Positions 18,682 to 28,774 of a stretch of 41,130 nucleotides of DNA are shown piece after piece. Numbering within the stretch: position 1 is the first letter of the stretch; every line of letters starts with the position of its first letter. Made by a program: the position numbers and the translations under genes. Below the pieces are notes generated by a model. It worked only from the letters and a program-made list of their open reading frames with translations. It searched no databases and had not been told where the DNA came from. This stretch comes from Candidatus Woesearchaeota archaeon (GTDB lineage: Archaea; Nanobdellota; Nanobdellia; Woesearchaeales; GW2011-AR9). The stretch covers positions 4,611-45,740 of the forward strand of contig DUGB01000001.1 of the NCBI GenBank assembly GCA_013331555.1, in the 5' to 3' direction.

Positions 18682-18861
18682 TCAATTTTGCGGGGCAAGT
18701 GTCTGAAGCTCTTGCAGTAATGTTTCCTGTTCGTGCTTAAGCTTTGTAAGCTCGATTTTCTTGTACTCGTTAATCTGTTTTCTATTGAGATCCCATTCTA
18801 GTGGTTTCATCCTGCGTTCAATGCCGATCAACAGAGTACGAATTTCAATAGCGCGTGACAT
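18682..18861 (-). CDS. 59-aa coiled-coil microprotein (not in the ORF track)
   Basis: MSRAIEIRTLLIGIERRMKPLEWDLNRKQINEYKKIELTKLKHEQETLLQELQTLAPQN; TTTAAATA about 25 nt upstream. Confidence 0.65.
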   Translation of the reverse strand: MSRAIEIRTLLIGIERRMKPLEWDLNRKQINEYKKIELTKLKHEQETLLQELQTLAPQN

Positions 18862-18926
18862 TGGGTTAATGTTGTGAGCAGATTATTTAAATCTTTAGTG
18901 AATTTATCTTGGGAAGAAACGAAGAT

Positions 18927-19271
18927 ATGAAAGAACAAACTCTTTTTACGACTGCGGTAATTTGTACAATTCTGGGACTAGTTATCTTATATCTTTATGC
19001 GGAAGAGGTCAATTTAGCAGTCTTAGAATCACCAGAACAGTGGAAAGAACAACAAACGGTTTCCATTCAAGGAAGAGTGGAAAAATTGCATGTGAGTGAG
19101 AAAGCTATTTTTGTGACAATTCAAGGACAGCGGATAGACACAGTGGAAGCAATTGTGTTTACCGAGAAGCCAATCTTTTTGAAAGAGGGTGATTTTGTAG
19201 AAATAACGGGAAAAGTAGAAGAATACAAAGGGGCAAAAGAAGTTATTGCGGATGAGATTGTAATAAAATGA
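18927..19271 (+). CDS. Membrane-anchored OB-fold protein
   Basis: N-terminal TM, then VSIQGRV...GDFVEITGKVEEYKGAKEVIADEI. Confidence 0.8.
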   Translation: MKEQTLFTTAVICTILGLVILYLYAEEVNLAVLESPEQWKEQQTVSIQGRVEKLHVSEKAIFVTIQGQRIDTVEAIVFTEKPIFLKEGDFVEITGKVEEYKGAKEVIADEIVIK

Positions 19272-19274
19272 AAA

Positions 19275-20969
19275 TTACGCTTTCTGTTCGGCAGCAGCGC
19301 GATTTAATTCGCGGAAAGCGTTCTCGACATCGTCGTGGTTCCAGCCAGTATTTTGAGTAATTAATTGTTTAATCTCTTCATCCGTAGCGCCAACTTCTTT
19401 TTCTTTGCGAACCCATTGAACAAGATCATCAAAGTTATACGCCCGTGCTTGTGGTTTGATAGTATGGGCAACGACAAGAGCAACAATGATACTTAATAAC
19501 AAGACGCTGAATCCAGCAATAAAGTACACTTTGTAATTATTCCAAAGAGCGTCAAATGTGGATGCGGATTGTGGTTGTTGAACGATGGGAGGACGAGGCT
19601 GCCCTTGCAAAGGAGGAATTTGAGACGTGATGCGGACTGGTTCAGGACCTGGAACAACACTTGCTCCACAGGAATTGCTTATTACTGGTTTTCTGCCCGT
19701 AGTTCCACATTGATGCTCATCATAACATACTCTCGTTTCTTGACCGTTCTGGCAAGACTGCCAATCAGTGCAAATCCATGACTCCTGACACGGTTGACAG
19801 GTTCTGTTTTCTGTATACGTATTTGCGGTGTAAGGGCTTTTGCAGTTGTTCTGATCGGTACAACTGCGTTGCTGCTGAAGATTTTCATTACAGAATGTCC
19901 AGGAAGTACAGGTGATATTTGAGATACATCTCCATCCACTGCCACCACCGGAGCTTCCGGAACTACTAGAACCTGGGTCGAGAACTACTTGATCACATAC
20001 ATCGCCAAGGTTATCACCATCGGTGTTTTCTTGAAGAGGGTTAGGGACAGCAGGACAGTTATCTTGACCATCAGGAACACCGTCGCCATCCTGATCTTGA
20101 GCAGGAGGAAGATCACCGACACATTGACCTAGAACACATTCTTGGGTTGGTTGGCAAACATTATTACAAATACCACAATGAAATAAATCTGTTTGAAGAT
20201 CAAACTCCTCATCAATAGTGGTATCACAATCATTGTCTAGACCATCACACACTTCAAAACCTGGAGCAACGGCATTTTGACAATCTCCCCATGTTGCATC
20301 CTGCTGACAGACTTGCTGGCCTTCTTGGCATATTCCTTCATTAAAACCGCAGGCTTGTTGTTGACCAGAGGTACAAGGAAGAATTTCGATCGTAAACGTG
20401 TAATCCTCAGGAAAAAGATCATTACCTGTTTGAAGGTCATAGATAGAAGGGCGAATGAGAACATCAAATTCTTGGACAAGTAGAGCTTCAACGAAAGTTA
20501 GTTCGGCAATAGTGAACGTACCTGTTTTAAAATCTTGATCACTGAGAGTAGCATCGGCAATTGTAAGTACATTATTTTGACAAGAGATTTCTTCAAACTC
20601 GCCCCACAATTGGACTTGACGCTGAGCGGCACACAAATCAACTTGCGGATTTTGAGAGATTAATTCTATGTAAACACCATTCGTAGAAATACCCTGCTGA
20701 AGTGTTGCGGTCAGAACAAGTTTATTCCCTAACAAGCTAAGGTCAAATTCCTGACCGCTAGGAGCAGTATAAATTGCTTTTCCCACAAACTGTGAGACAA
20801 TAAACAAAAGAAGAGCAAGAACAACAACTAAGCCGAGAGAAATAAGAGTAATGATAAATGTTTTATTTGCTTCGCCGGCAGAATTATAAATTTTAGGGGG
20901 TGGGTGAGCGTGCGGTCTATAACGAACGTTTACATTCTTGTGATGTTGTTTTGCGCCACGACCATTCAT
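19275..20969 (-). CDS. Cys-rich surface protein with N- and C-terminal TM helices, CDGLDNDCD metal-binding motif and thrombospondin type-3 repeat
   Basis: TM+VGKA; EVCDGLDNDCD; DQDGDGVPDGQDNCPAVPNPLQENTDGDNLGDVCD; W-x-C repeats. Confidence 0.8.
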   Translation of the reverse strand: MNGRGAKQHHKNVNVRYRPHAHPPPKIYNSAGEANKTFIITLISLGLVVVLALLLFIVSQFVGKAIYTAPSGQEFDLSLLGNKLVLTATLQQGISTNGVYIELISQNPQVDLCAAQRQVQLWGEFEEISCQNNVLTIADATLSDQDFKTGTFTIAELTFVEALLVQEFDVLIRPSIYDLQTGNDLFPEDYTFTIEILPCTSGQQQACGFNEGICQEGQQVCQQDATWGDCQNAVAPGFEVCDGLDNDCDTTIDEEFDLQTDLFHCGICNNVCQPTQECVLGQCVGDLPPAQDQDGDGVPDGQDNCPAVPNPLQENTDGDNLGDVCDQVVLDPGSSSSGSSGGGSGWRCISNITCTSWTFCNENLQQQRSCTDQNNCKSPYTANTYTENRTCQPCQESWICTDWQSCQNGQETRVCYDEHQCGTTGRKPVISNSCGASVVPGPEPVRITSQIPPLQGQPRPPIVQQPQSASTFDALWNNYKVYFIAGFSVLLLSIIVALVVAHTIKPQARAYNFDDLVQWVRKEKEVGATDEEIKQLITQNTGWNHDDVENAFRELNRAAAEQKA

Positions 20970-20981
20970 TGATAAACCTCT

Positions 20982-21950
20982 TTATTGAGCTGATTCAAGG
21001 AAGAACTCCCGCAAGGCCCGACCGACTGCGGTAACAAGCTTGATTTTTGTGTCTCCATTAATTTTGTTATCTTGATACTGGATTAATGGCTGACCAGCTA
21101 GACAATATTCGGGAAATCCATGATCAGGACGATAACACAGGCCGTTAATAAGAGCAGTAACGCGATTAATTAAGATTTGTTTGGCGGGGAGTTTTGTACA
21201 GATACTACTTCGAGCACCGAAGTTAGTATTGGTGCAGGTGTAATCAATATCGACATATTTGCAATCTTCTGAACAGCCATCACGATTAGCACGATAGCCA
21301 TCGTCTTCAGTACTTCCATCTGCTGCACCAGTATCACACGCTTCATTTTGTTCGCCATCATCTTTAATGCCATTTTGATTTACATCGAGATACCCTACAA
21401 CACTATCACCGCAGATGGAAAGTTGGGGAACAACAGCGATACTCGGAACAGAAGCAACACCATCGATAGCAGATCCAGTCGCAGGAGTAAAGAAATTTTG
21501 GGGATCAGCTACGGCTACAAGATCAAATAGTACTCCTTGAACATCATTTTCGTTTATTCCTTGAAATTTTACATTATTAATGGTAAATAAAGATTGGGGA
21601 GCAACGCTACTCCATTCCTCTCCACTTCTTCCATGCCAACTTGTAAACAAACGGTAAGCCAGATTATTTTGGAAACGTCCAGTGAATTGATCGTTCTGAG
21701 TAAAGCGATCAGTTTTAGTATGACTTGCTTGACTAAAAAGAGGAAGTGCCGGGTTCGTGCTCATCGTTAAACTGTATTCAATCACTTTGACATCATGAGT
21801 GTTGACATTGACATTAACCGAAAAAGGAACGTCGTAGACGACTGGTTGAGGAACTGAGAAACCAACGTCAACATTCTCTGCAAACACAGAAGGCAAAGAC
21901 AGACAAAAAATACTGATTAATAGGAATAAGATTAAATGTTGTGTTTTCAT
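20982..21950 (-). CDS. Secreted protein, type B (beta-rich N-domain, myxobacterial-type Cys-rich repeat, helical tail)
   Basis: Signal peptide; CGDSVVG..EACD..DGCSEDC; paralog of 23204-24133. Confidence 0.8.
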   Translation of the reverse strand: MKTQHLILFLLISIFCLSLPSVFAENVDVGFSVPQPVVYDVPFSVNVNVNTHDVKVIEYSLTMSTNPALPLFSQASHTKTDRFTQNDQFTGRFQNNLAYRLFTSWHGRSGEEWSSVAPQSLFTINNVKFQGINENDVQGVLFDLVAVADPQNFFTPATGSAIDGVASVPSIAVVPQLSICGDSVVGYLDVNQNGIKDDGEQNEACDTGAADGSTEDDGYRANRDGCSEDCKYVDIDYTCTNTNFGARSSICTKLPAKQILINRVTALINGLCYRPDHGFPEYCLAGQPLIQYQDNKINGDTKIKLVTAVGRALREFFLESAQ

Positions 21951-23182
21951 TGTGCTCCCTCCATTACGTAGGGACAATTTTCATGGTTAAATGTGTATGT
22001 CAACGTACCAAAGCCGTACAGTATATTCTCTCCCACAACCCGATAAGAAGAGTCGTCGCAAACATAAAATTTGTTGCTATTATAAGAGCAAGGAAGCTGG
22101 TTTGCTTCACCACACGTCACAGTGTTGATAGAATCACGTGTTTTGTAGACGATATCAGCGTCTTGTCCATCATACTTTTGATCTCCATTAAGATCAGCAT
22201 TGAATATTACACTACCTTGAGCATCACAAAGTCCAGGAATCACATTACACAACTGACGGCAGTCATCATTCCCTTGACAGAATTGAGTTACACCAGCGAT
22301 GTCAACTGGAGGACATTCCCCTCCATCATTAGGACATTCATCACGAGTGATAAATCCAAAATCCGTTTTACATTGCTCGGCAGTACATTGAACAGGTGGT
22401 TGTTGTTCTTGCTCGCAACCATCATTAAGATTATTGTTTGCATCTTTCCATTCCGCGTCACAAACACAAGCAAGATTAGTTAACAAGGCATGATCCCCAC
22501 ACGCTGTTTGATCGCAAACATCACCAAATGAATCTCCATCTTGATTAGCTTGATCCGGATTAGAAAGTACTTGACAATTATCAACAACATCAAATATACC
22601 ATCACTATCGACATCTTTTGCGGGTGCTCCACCGACAACAGAAAGAGCTATATCTTCAGGCAGAGCAGAGATGATATTTCTTTTATTAGAATATACGCTC
22701 ATGGCATCAAAATGAAAACTGACTTCCTCAACACTTGGAACTGTGAATTGAATCACAGCAAGTTCAACTCGACCAGGACCAGAAGGAGGAGTACTCGCAA
22801 GGTTTAGAATCCCCGCATCGAGCACCAACTTTGTATCCATACAATAGGTTCTTTGAATATCATACACGGGCGGAATAACAACATCAACGCTTGGTTCCCC
22901 ACCATGACACAGTTCTATTACTGGTGAAGATAATGCAACAAGAAAACTTTCTGCTCGTTCTCTTTCCTCCAAAAGAACAGTAATAGAAACTTTTCCAAGG
23001 GCATCAACTTTCAACTCTTGAGATGCGGAAATACCAGCAATGGCTTTACCAACAAATGGACGACCAAGAAATAGAGATAGTATTAATACCACCACCATTA
23101 CAAGAACTACTACACTAATAATAGCTACCTGGCGACGACGCTGTGGATCAACTGGAGCCGTTTCGAAACGTGTATTTACCAT
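21947..23182 (-). CDS. Membrane-anchored surface protein, type A (TSP3 repeat + dockerin-like module)
   Basis: TM+VGKA; DVDSDGIFDVVDNC; DLNGDQKYDGQDA...CG...CSY...CDDSSY. Confidence 0.8.
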   Translation of the reverse strand: MVNTRFETAPVDPQRRRQVAIISVVVLVMVVVLILSLFLGRPFVGKAIAGISASQELKVDALGKVSITVLLEERERAESFLVALSSPVIELCHGGEPSVDVVIPPVYDIQRTYCMDTKLVLDAGILNLASTPPSGPGRVELAVIQFTVPSVEEVSFHFDAMSVYSNKRNIISALPEDIALSVVGGAPAKDVDSDGIFDVVDNCQVLSNPDQANQDGDSFGDVCDQTACGDHALLTNLACVCDAEWKDANNNLNDGCEQEQQPPVQCTAEQCKTDFGFITRDECPNDGGECPPVDIAGVTQFCQGNDDCRQLCNVIPGLCDAQGSVIFNADLNGDQKYDGQDADIVYKTRDSINTVTCGEANQLPCSYNSNKFYVCDDSSYRVVGENILYGFGTLTYTFNHENCPYVMEGAQ

Positions 23183-23203
23183 CTATTTTTCACACACTTT
23201 TTT

Positions 23204-24133
23204 TTAATTTATTTCGTAATATTCGAGGAGTACTTCTCTCAACAATGGTACTTGCCGAGCAATGCTTTTTTCTGTGACGCAAAAACCACCATTTTCAAAA
23301 GTGATAGCGTCAGGATGCCCAACATAAGGAAAACAGGAAGGTTTTTGATCGCTAACATCAGCAGGAATGTTGAAAATAGCATTAAGCTTAGCAAGCAAAC
23401 GGTCTTGTGCTAACAGTGGTTGAAGAGTACAATCTCGTGAACCAAAATCACAAGCGAATTTAGAAGCTAAACTGGTTTGCCCTTGAATTTTATGAGTTGA
23501 TTTGATATAACGACAGTCAGCGGAACAACCATCTCCACCAAGAAGCGCAGGATCACAGGCTTCATTATTTTCAGATGATTGCTTAATCCCATCTTGGTTT
23601 GAATCAACATATCCAACAACCCCATCACCGCAGAGAGAAAGCTGAGGTATAACAACCGTGCTATCTTGACTTGTAATCGTAAAATCAACGCCAGATTGAG
23701 CAGCAGTCAACATCTTCTGGGGAACACTACGAAGAATGAATGTGAACCCACCATCTAAAGTCCCCGAAACACGAACGTTACTCAATGTTAAAAGATTACT
23801 AGGAGCAGCTGTTGCCAGAGTGTTTCCATTCGTTTCTGTCCTGACACGATAATACAAACCATTCTCTTGAGGACCTGAAAGACCTCCAACCAATTGAAAT
23901 TGATCGACCCGTTGAACTCCTGGCGAGAATAACGCTTTTCCGTTATTGGTACCAACAGAAAGGTCATAATCAATGAACGAAACACCATGTGAATTTACGT
24001 GTAGTTGCACGGGAAATGGTACATCGTACACAATTTTTTCAGGGATGGAAAACGTAAAGTCTGCGTCAGCAGCTATTGCTAGCGGAGCAAAAAATAATAA
24101 CAATAATGGTATGATTAAGAGTTTCTGGTTCAT
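23204..24133 (-). CDS. Secreted protein, type B
   Basis: Start MNQKLL after SD GGAGG; VYDVPF and PQLSLCGDGVVGYVD shared with 20982-21950. Confidence 0.8.
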   Translation of the reverse strand: MNQKLLIIPLLLLFFAPLAIAADADFTFSIPEKIVYDVPFPVQLHVNSHGVSFIDYDLSVGTNNGKALFSPGVQRVDQFQLVGGLSGPQENGLYYRVRTETNGNTLATAAPSNLLTLSNVRVSGTLDGGFTFILRSVPQKMLTAAQSGVDFTITSQDSTVVIPQLSLCGDGVVGYVDSNQDGIKQSSENNEACDPALLGGDGCSADCRYIKSTHKIQGQTSLASKFACDFGSRDCTLQPLLAQDRLLAKLNAIFNIPADVSDQKPSCFPYVGHPDAITFENGGFCVTEKSIARQVPLLREVLLEYYEIN

Positions 24134-24134
24134 C

Positions 24135-25133
24135 TTACTGTCCTCCACCAATATATGCTGCGGTATCCTGATAAGGGCAGGAATGAGCACCATCAAAGAT
24201 ATATCCTTTGTAACCATCAACACGGAAAGAACTATCATCACAGGTTCTTGTACCTGCAAAATTACAAGGTGCTAAGTTAATATTACCACACTCTTCACGA
24301 ACTTTTGCTTCTGCTATTTTGAGGATGATAAACGCATCTTGACCATCAACTTTAGCATCACCATTGATATCAACAGTATACCCGAAACGACTTCCTACAT
24401 CAGTACAGAGCGCAGTTTTTTGAGGAACAGTTAACTTTTGATTAAGACCTGCCTGATCTAATGATCCTAGCCAGCTTTGACAAAGAGTTTCTTGATTTGT
24501 ATCAAACCAGGGCTGACAGGTAGCATCATTAGCCTGACAACTTACTTGCTCCGCAATAGGATTTTTAATGAACTGAATAAGATTAGCATGCGGAGGATTA
24601 AGATTAGGAATTGTAAAGACTACAAATTGAATCTGTCGTAGTTGATCTTCAGTAGGAATACTACCCCCTACTACTGTAAAAGGAATTGAAGCAATAGCAA
24701 TATCTGACCCAGTGATAATTCTGGCCGGGTCTAACGTCGCATGATGAAATAAAAGTTTATTACCACTGATCTCTCGACGAAGATAGGCGGTTTGATCGTC
24801 AGTAAACGGAAGCTGAAGTTGAATTTCACTTGGATTAACACTAAACGCAGAAGGAAATTCTAACTCAAAGTAAACCTCTGACGCTTGAGCAGTACCAAGA
24901 TGAGCAGCGACGGGAAAAAGAAACTGGCTTCCTTGCTGCAAATCAGAGAGTTGCCCACGAAATCCAGCAGTTCCAGAAACTCCTTGCTCTTGAGTAAAAA
25001 ATGCTTGCCCTGCGGAACGAAAACCAACAAAGTACACGATCACAATCAGAAGGACAACCAAAACAATGCCAACTAAGGCAATGACGGCAGGCCGTGCTTG
25101 GGCCTTCATTTTTTTAGGGAGTGCGGAAGCCAT
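24135..25133 (-). CDS. Membrane-anchored surface protein, type A (cohesin-like N-domain + dockerin-like module)
   Basis: TM+AGQA; DINGDAKVDGQDA...CG...C...CDDSSF. Confidence 0.78.
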   Translation of the reverse strand: MASALPKKMKAQARPAVIALVGIVLVVLLIVIVYFVGFRSAGQAFFTQEQGVSGTAGFRGQLSDLQQGSQFLFPVAAHLGTAQASEVYFELEFPSAFSVNPSEIQLQLPFTDDQTAYLRREISGNKLLFHHATLDPARIITGSDIAIASIPFTVVGGSIPTEDQLRQIQFVVFTIPNLNPPHANLIQFIKNPIAEQVSCQANDATCQPWFDTNQETLCQSWLGSLDQAGLNQKLTVPQKTALCTDVGSRFGYTVDINGDAKVDGQDAFIILKIAEAKVREECGNINLAPCNFAGTRTCDDSSFRVDGYKGYIFDGAHSCPYQDTAAYIGGGQ

Positions 25134-25137
25134 GGGT

Positions 25138-26109
25138 TTATTGGACAGACCATAATGAACGGATAATTGACATTAAGCGTGTTAAAAATCCAACGGGAGG
25201 TGCTGATGAACTATCAATTGCACCCTGATTTTCTGCTACCGCAGCTTGAATCTGTTGGTTGAGCTGTTGTGATTTTGTTGGTGCGGCAGTTAGTTGACAG
25301 ACATTATTAACAAGTACTTCACCGTCTGGACAAGATTGTTGAGTAGTTTGACATGTATTGGCAACATTACATACTTGACCATCAGGACAACCAGTAGCAG
25401 GAACAACAGTATTTCCAGGACAAGCAACGCCACCGACACAAGCGGTGGCGGGAACAGAAGTACAAGGCACTTCGGTTGCTACACAAACATTATCAGTATT
25501 ACAACTCTGACCAGTAGGACAACCGATTGGAGCGACAACAGTATTCCCAGGACAAGCCACGCCACCGACACAAGCGGTAGCGAGAACAGAAATACAAGGA
25601 GCTTCAACTGTAACTGAAAGAGCGGTAGCAGATAATTGAAAGATAGGGGTTTTGTCTGTATCTCTCTGACTAAAGAGTCTATTAACAACGCTTCGAGAAG
25701 TATCTATCATAATACTATCAGACGTGGTTGCGACTCCTCTAAGAACAAAGACTTGTTTATCCGTTGTGCTTAGTTTAGGATCACTATCTGTTCCCGTAGG
25801 AATTTTAAAGTGCCAAACTGCACCATTCTCTTCGGCTTGATTTGGTAATGGAGTTCGAGAGGGGAACCAATGATCAGAACCAGTACGCTGACCATTACTA
25901 AAAACAACATTACCATTTTGACTTTTGACATAAAAATCAAAATTTTGAACACGTTGATTTTTTGAATCCAAAGAGATTGTCATCTCAAATAGAGTGTTAG
26001 CTTGAATTGAAGCTGAACCAGTAATTTTAACATCAACCGGATCAAGAGCGAGAGAAAATGTTGAAAGTAAAACGAGCAGAGACACAAAAATAAATAATAT
26101 CTTTTTCAT
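25138..26109 (-). CDS. Secreted protein, type B, with a duplicated 44-aa Cys-rich repeat
   Basis: Signal peptide; ATACVGGVACPGNTVV twice at a 132-nt period; amphipathic C-terminal helices. Confidence 0.8.
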   Translation of the reverse strand: MKKILFIFVSLLVLLSTFSLALDPVDVKITGSASIQANTLFEMTISLDSKNQRVQNFDFYVKSQNGNVVFSNGQRTGSDHWFPSRTPLPNQAEENGAVWHFKIPTGTDSDPKLSTTDKQVFVLRGVATTSDSIMIDTSRSVVNRLFSQRDTDKTPIFQLSATALSVTVEAPCISVLATACVGGVACPGNTVVAPIGCPTGQSCNTDNVCVATEVPCTSVPATACVGGVACPGNTVVPATGCPDGQVCNVANTCQTTQQSCPDGEVLVNNVCQLTAAPTKSQQLNQQIQAAVAENQGAIDSSSAPPVGFLTRLMSIIRSLWSVQ

Positions 26110-26123
26110 CTTTTTTTTCCTCC

Positions 26124-28685
26124 TTAACAGGTAAAACTGTCGAAATCGTAGACACCACTATCGCAGGCATAGGTGTCTCCATAGGAACATGTTTGTTGGC
26201 CTGCTCCGCCACAATTAGAATTGCTTTGAGCCAAGATGGCATATTGTAAAGCCAGCACATCAGCATCAGTAACAACCCCATCATTATTAACATCTGCACT
26301 TGCGGGTAATGTTCCTTCACACATAAAGCTTTCGAAATCGTAGACACTATCATCACACGCGAATGTATCCCCATAAGAACAAGTTTCCTGACTGGCTCCG
26401 CCACAATTAGAATTGCCTTGAGCTAAGATTGCGTATTGTAAAGCTAGCACATCAGCATCACTTACAGAACTATCACTATTAATATCACCAGTTCCAGTTG
26501 ATGGCGCTGCACCTTCCCAGCTTCCCGCAGTACATTGATATTGAGCAGTATTATCTTGAGTTTGGTCAGCAGTACAACTTGGAGTTTGGGGATCTTTATT
26601 ACACTGCGTCGCAGAACAACAACGTTTTTGTCCATTTGTTCCCGGAATTGTATCTTTACAACTTAAACCAGTGCGACAGTCGCTGTCTTGTGTGCAAGTC
26701 CATGATTCTCTTGCTTTCCAAGATCCTGCTTCACACCAAAATTTCGCGTACAGAGGATCTGGCTGAGCTGGAAATATATTTGCTCCGCCATCTTGACAAT
26801 AAATTGTGGCATTGACATTATATTTTATACCAGAGCCAGTACATTCTTCAATAGGACAACAGCGTTTTGGATACGTTACAGGATCACTTCCTGGAATGTA
26901 GCTTTCACAAGCCAGATTATCAGTGTCGTCTTTACAATCAGATGTTTCTTGACATACGCCGCCTTTGCTCACTGTTCCTGTTCCTCTCTGTTCCCATTGA
27001 CCTTCACGACAGATGAAATTAGTAGTAAAAGTATAATCTCGATCACAATCTGAATTCTCTGAACCATCCCAATTACACAGAGCATTACTAGAGCAACACA
27101 ATTTTTGACCATTGGAATCTGGAGCAGGGTCTTTACACGTTAATCCGACACCACAATCTGCCGTAATATCACACTCTGAATTCAAAGGTTGTGGGTTTGA
27201 TGCCCATTGACCAGCTTGGCAGATGTACCGTTTATATTCAGGAGTATTAATAGATATGCCATCAGCAACACAGCCGACGACTTGAGCACTAGCTTCGTGA
27301 GCATTACATTCATTTGGGAGACAACACTTCAACGTGTTTGGTTCATTATCAGTATCGGTTGGTGGAACAGACTTACAGAATAAACCAAGGGCACAATTAG
27401 AATCTGTGGGAAAATCAGAATAACGTTCACATTGTCCCCCATTTTGTTGAACTGCTCCAACGATGGGTCGCCAGACACCAATTCTGTCAACAACACGACA
27501 AACTTTTGTTTGATCATCATTTTGTGTACCTGCTGCAACACACTTGCCTTCTGCAGAACCATCATTACACCAGTTTTCCGGACAGCACAAACTTGCATCA
27601 CTTTCATCAGAAACGTGGCAATAACCATTATAATCGTACTCTTCTCCATTAGGAAGTTGGAGTCTATCATCTGCACATTGGCCCGCAGCAGTGCAAGGCA
27701 GATTATAGCGAACAGAGACACAAGCGCTTTCTTCATCTACCTCACTATCACAATCATTATCTTGTTGGTCGCAAATTTCTGTGGAAGGTATGCACGCAGG
27801 AACGACCCATTCCCCTGATTGACAAATCCTGTTATTAAGATCATTAACAGTTCCTTCTGCAACACATTCATTACCGCCAGGACCATCATTACATTTGTTC
27901 GCAGGACAGCATAATTTTTGATCAGGCACTGTTTGGTCAATAGTATGATCATCAGTAGATTTACAGATCAAACCAGAACTGCAAAAACCAGTAGAAGTAC
28001 AAGCTTGATTTTCTTTAGGGCACGCGATATCCTCATCAACTTTTCCGTCGCAATCATTATCTCGTTGATCACAGATCTCAGTAGAAGGAGTACAGGAAGT
28101 CGCAGAAACACACATCTTTGTAGACGCACATGAAGTACCAGCGACACAATCGGCGCTCTTTACACACAACCCTTCATTAGCATTACATAATTCACCAGTA
28201 AGACCTTTTTTGAATGTACAATAACTGGTATAACCGTTACATTTTTCGACAACTTTAGTAAGTTGAGTTCGAGGGAAACATACTTTTTCAACACAGACAT
28301 TGCCAGCAGCAACACAAGCTGTTGGAAGTCCTTTACCTGGAGGGACACAAGAAAGAGTTAATCTAGCTTGAATGAGAGAGTTCATAGAGATTGGACATTC
28401 ATTGTTAACACAACGACCGACTTTTGTTTCACACACTAAACTTAAAAGAGAATTAGATTGAGTTGAACTAGTACAGACTTGCCCTGCAAAAGAACATTTC
28501 GCTGCCGTCGCTTGCCCGGCAAGCGTTTTTCCGGAAGAAGCAACATAGATGATGACTAAAACAAGAATAACAGCAAGACCAAGACCAATTCCCATCCAGA
28601 GTTTATGTTTGTCGAAGGAAGGTTTTGAAGACGAAGAAGAGAGGACATTCTGACGAGAAGACTGTTTAGAGGCTTTTTTTTTCAT
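26124..28685 (-). CDS. Large Cys-rich membrane-anchored surface protein, type A, with two dockerin-like 64-aa repeats
   Basis: TM+AGQA; EICDQ(R/Q)DNDCD twice; repeated CC..C modules; DADVLALQYAIL twice at a 192-nt period; SD AGGTG. Confidence 0.85.
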   Translation of the reverse strand: MKKKASKQSSRQNVLSSSSSKPSFDKHKLWMGIGLGLAVILVLVIIYVASSGKTLAGQATAAKCSFAGQVCTSSTQSNSLLSLVCETKVGRCVNNECPISMNSLIQARLTLSCVPPGKGLPTACVAAGNVCVEKVCFPRTQLTKVVEKCNGYTSYCTFKKGLTGELCNANEGLCVKSADCVAGTSCASTKMCVSATSCTPSTEICDQRDNDCDGKVDEDIACPKENQACTSTGFCSSGLICKSTDDHTIDQTVPDQKLCCPANKCNDGPGGNECVAEGTVNDLNNRICQSGEWVVPACIPSTEICDQQDNDCDSEVDEESACVSVRYNLPCTAAGQCADDRLQLPNGEEYDYNGYCHVSDESDASLCCPENWCNDGSAEGKCVAAGTQNDDQTKVCRVVDRIGVWRPIVGAVQQNGGQCERYSDFPTDSNCALGLFCKSVPPTDTDNEPNTLKCCLPNECNAHEASAQVVGCVADGISINTPEYKRYICQAGQWASNPQPLNSECDITADCGVGLTCKDPAPDSNGQKLCCSSNALCNWDGSENSDCDRDYTFTTNFICREGQWEQRGTGTVSKGGVCQETSDCKDDTDNLACESYIPGSDPVTYPKRCCPIEECTGSGIKYNVNATIYCQDGGANIFPAQPDPLYAKFWCEAGSWKARESWTCTQDSDCRTGLSCKDTIPGTNGQKRCCSATQCNKDPQTPSCTADQTQDNTAQYQCTAGSWEGAAPSTGTGDINSDSSVSDADVLALQYAILAQGNSNCGGASQETCSYGDTFACDDSVYDFESFMCEGTLPASADVNNDGVVTDADVLALQYAILAQSNSNCGGAGQQTCSYGDTYACDSGVYDFDSFTC

Positions 28686-28774
28686 ACATCACACCTACTT
28701 TTTAGGTATTGCTAATTTTCTTTCCTTTATATAGTTTTTGTTTTTGATTTCCGTCGAGAAAGAGAAGAAAAATA

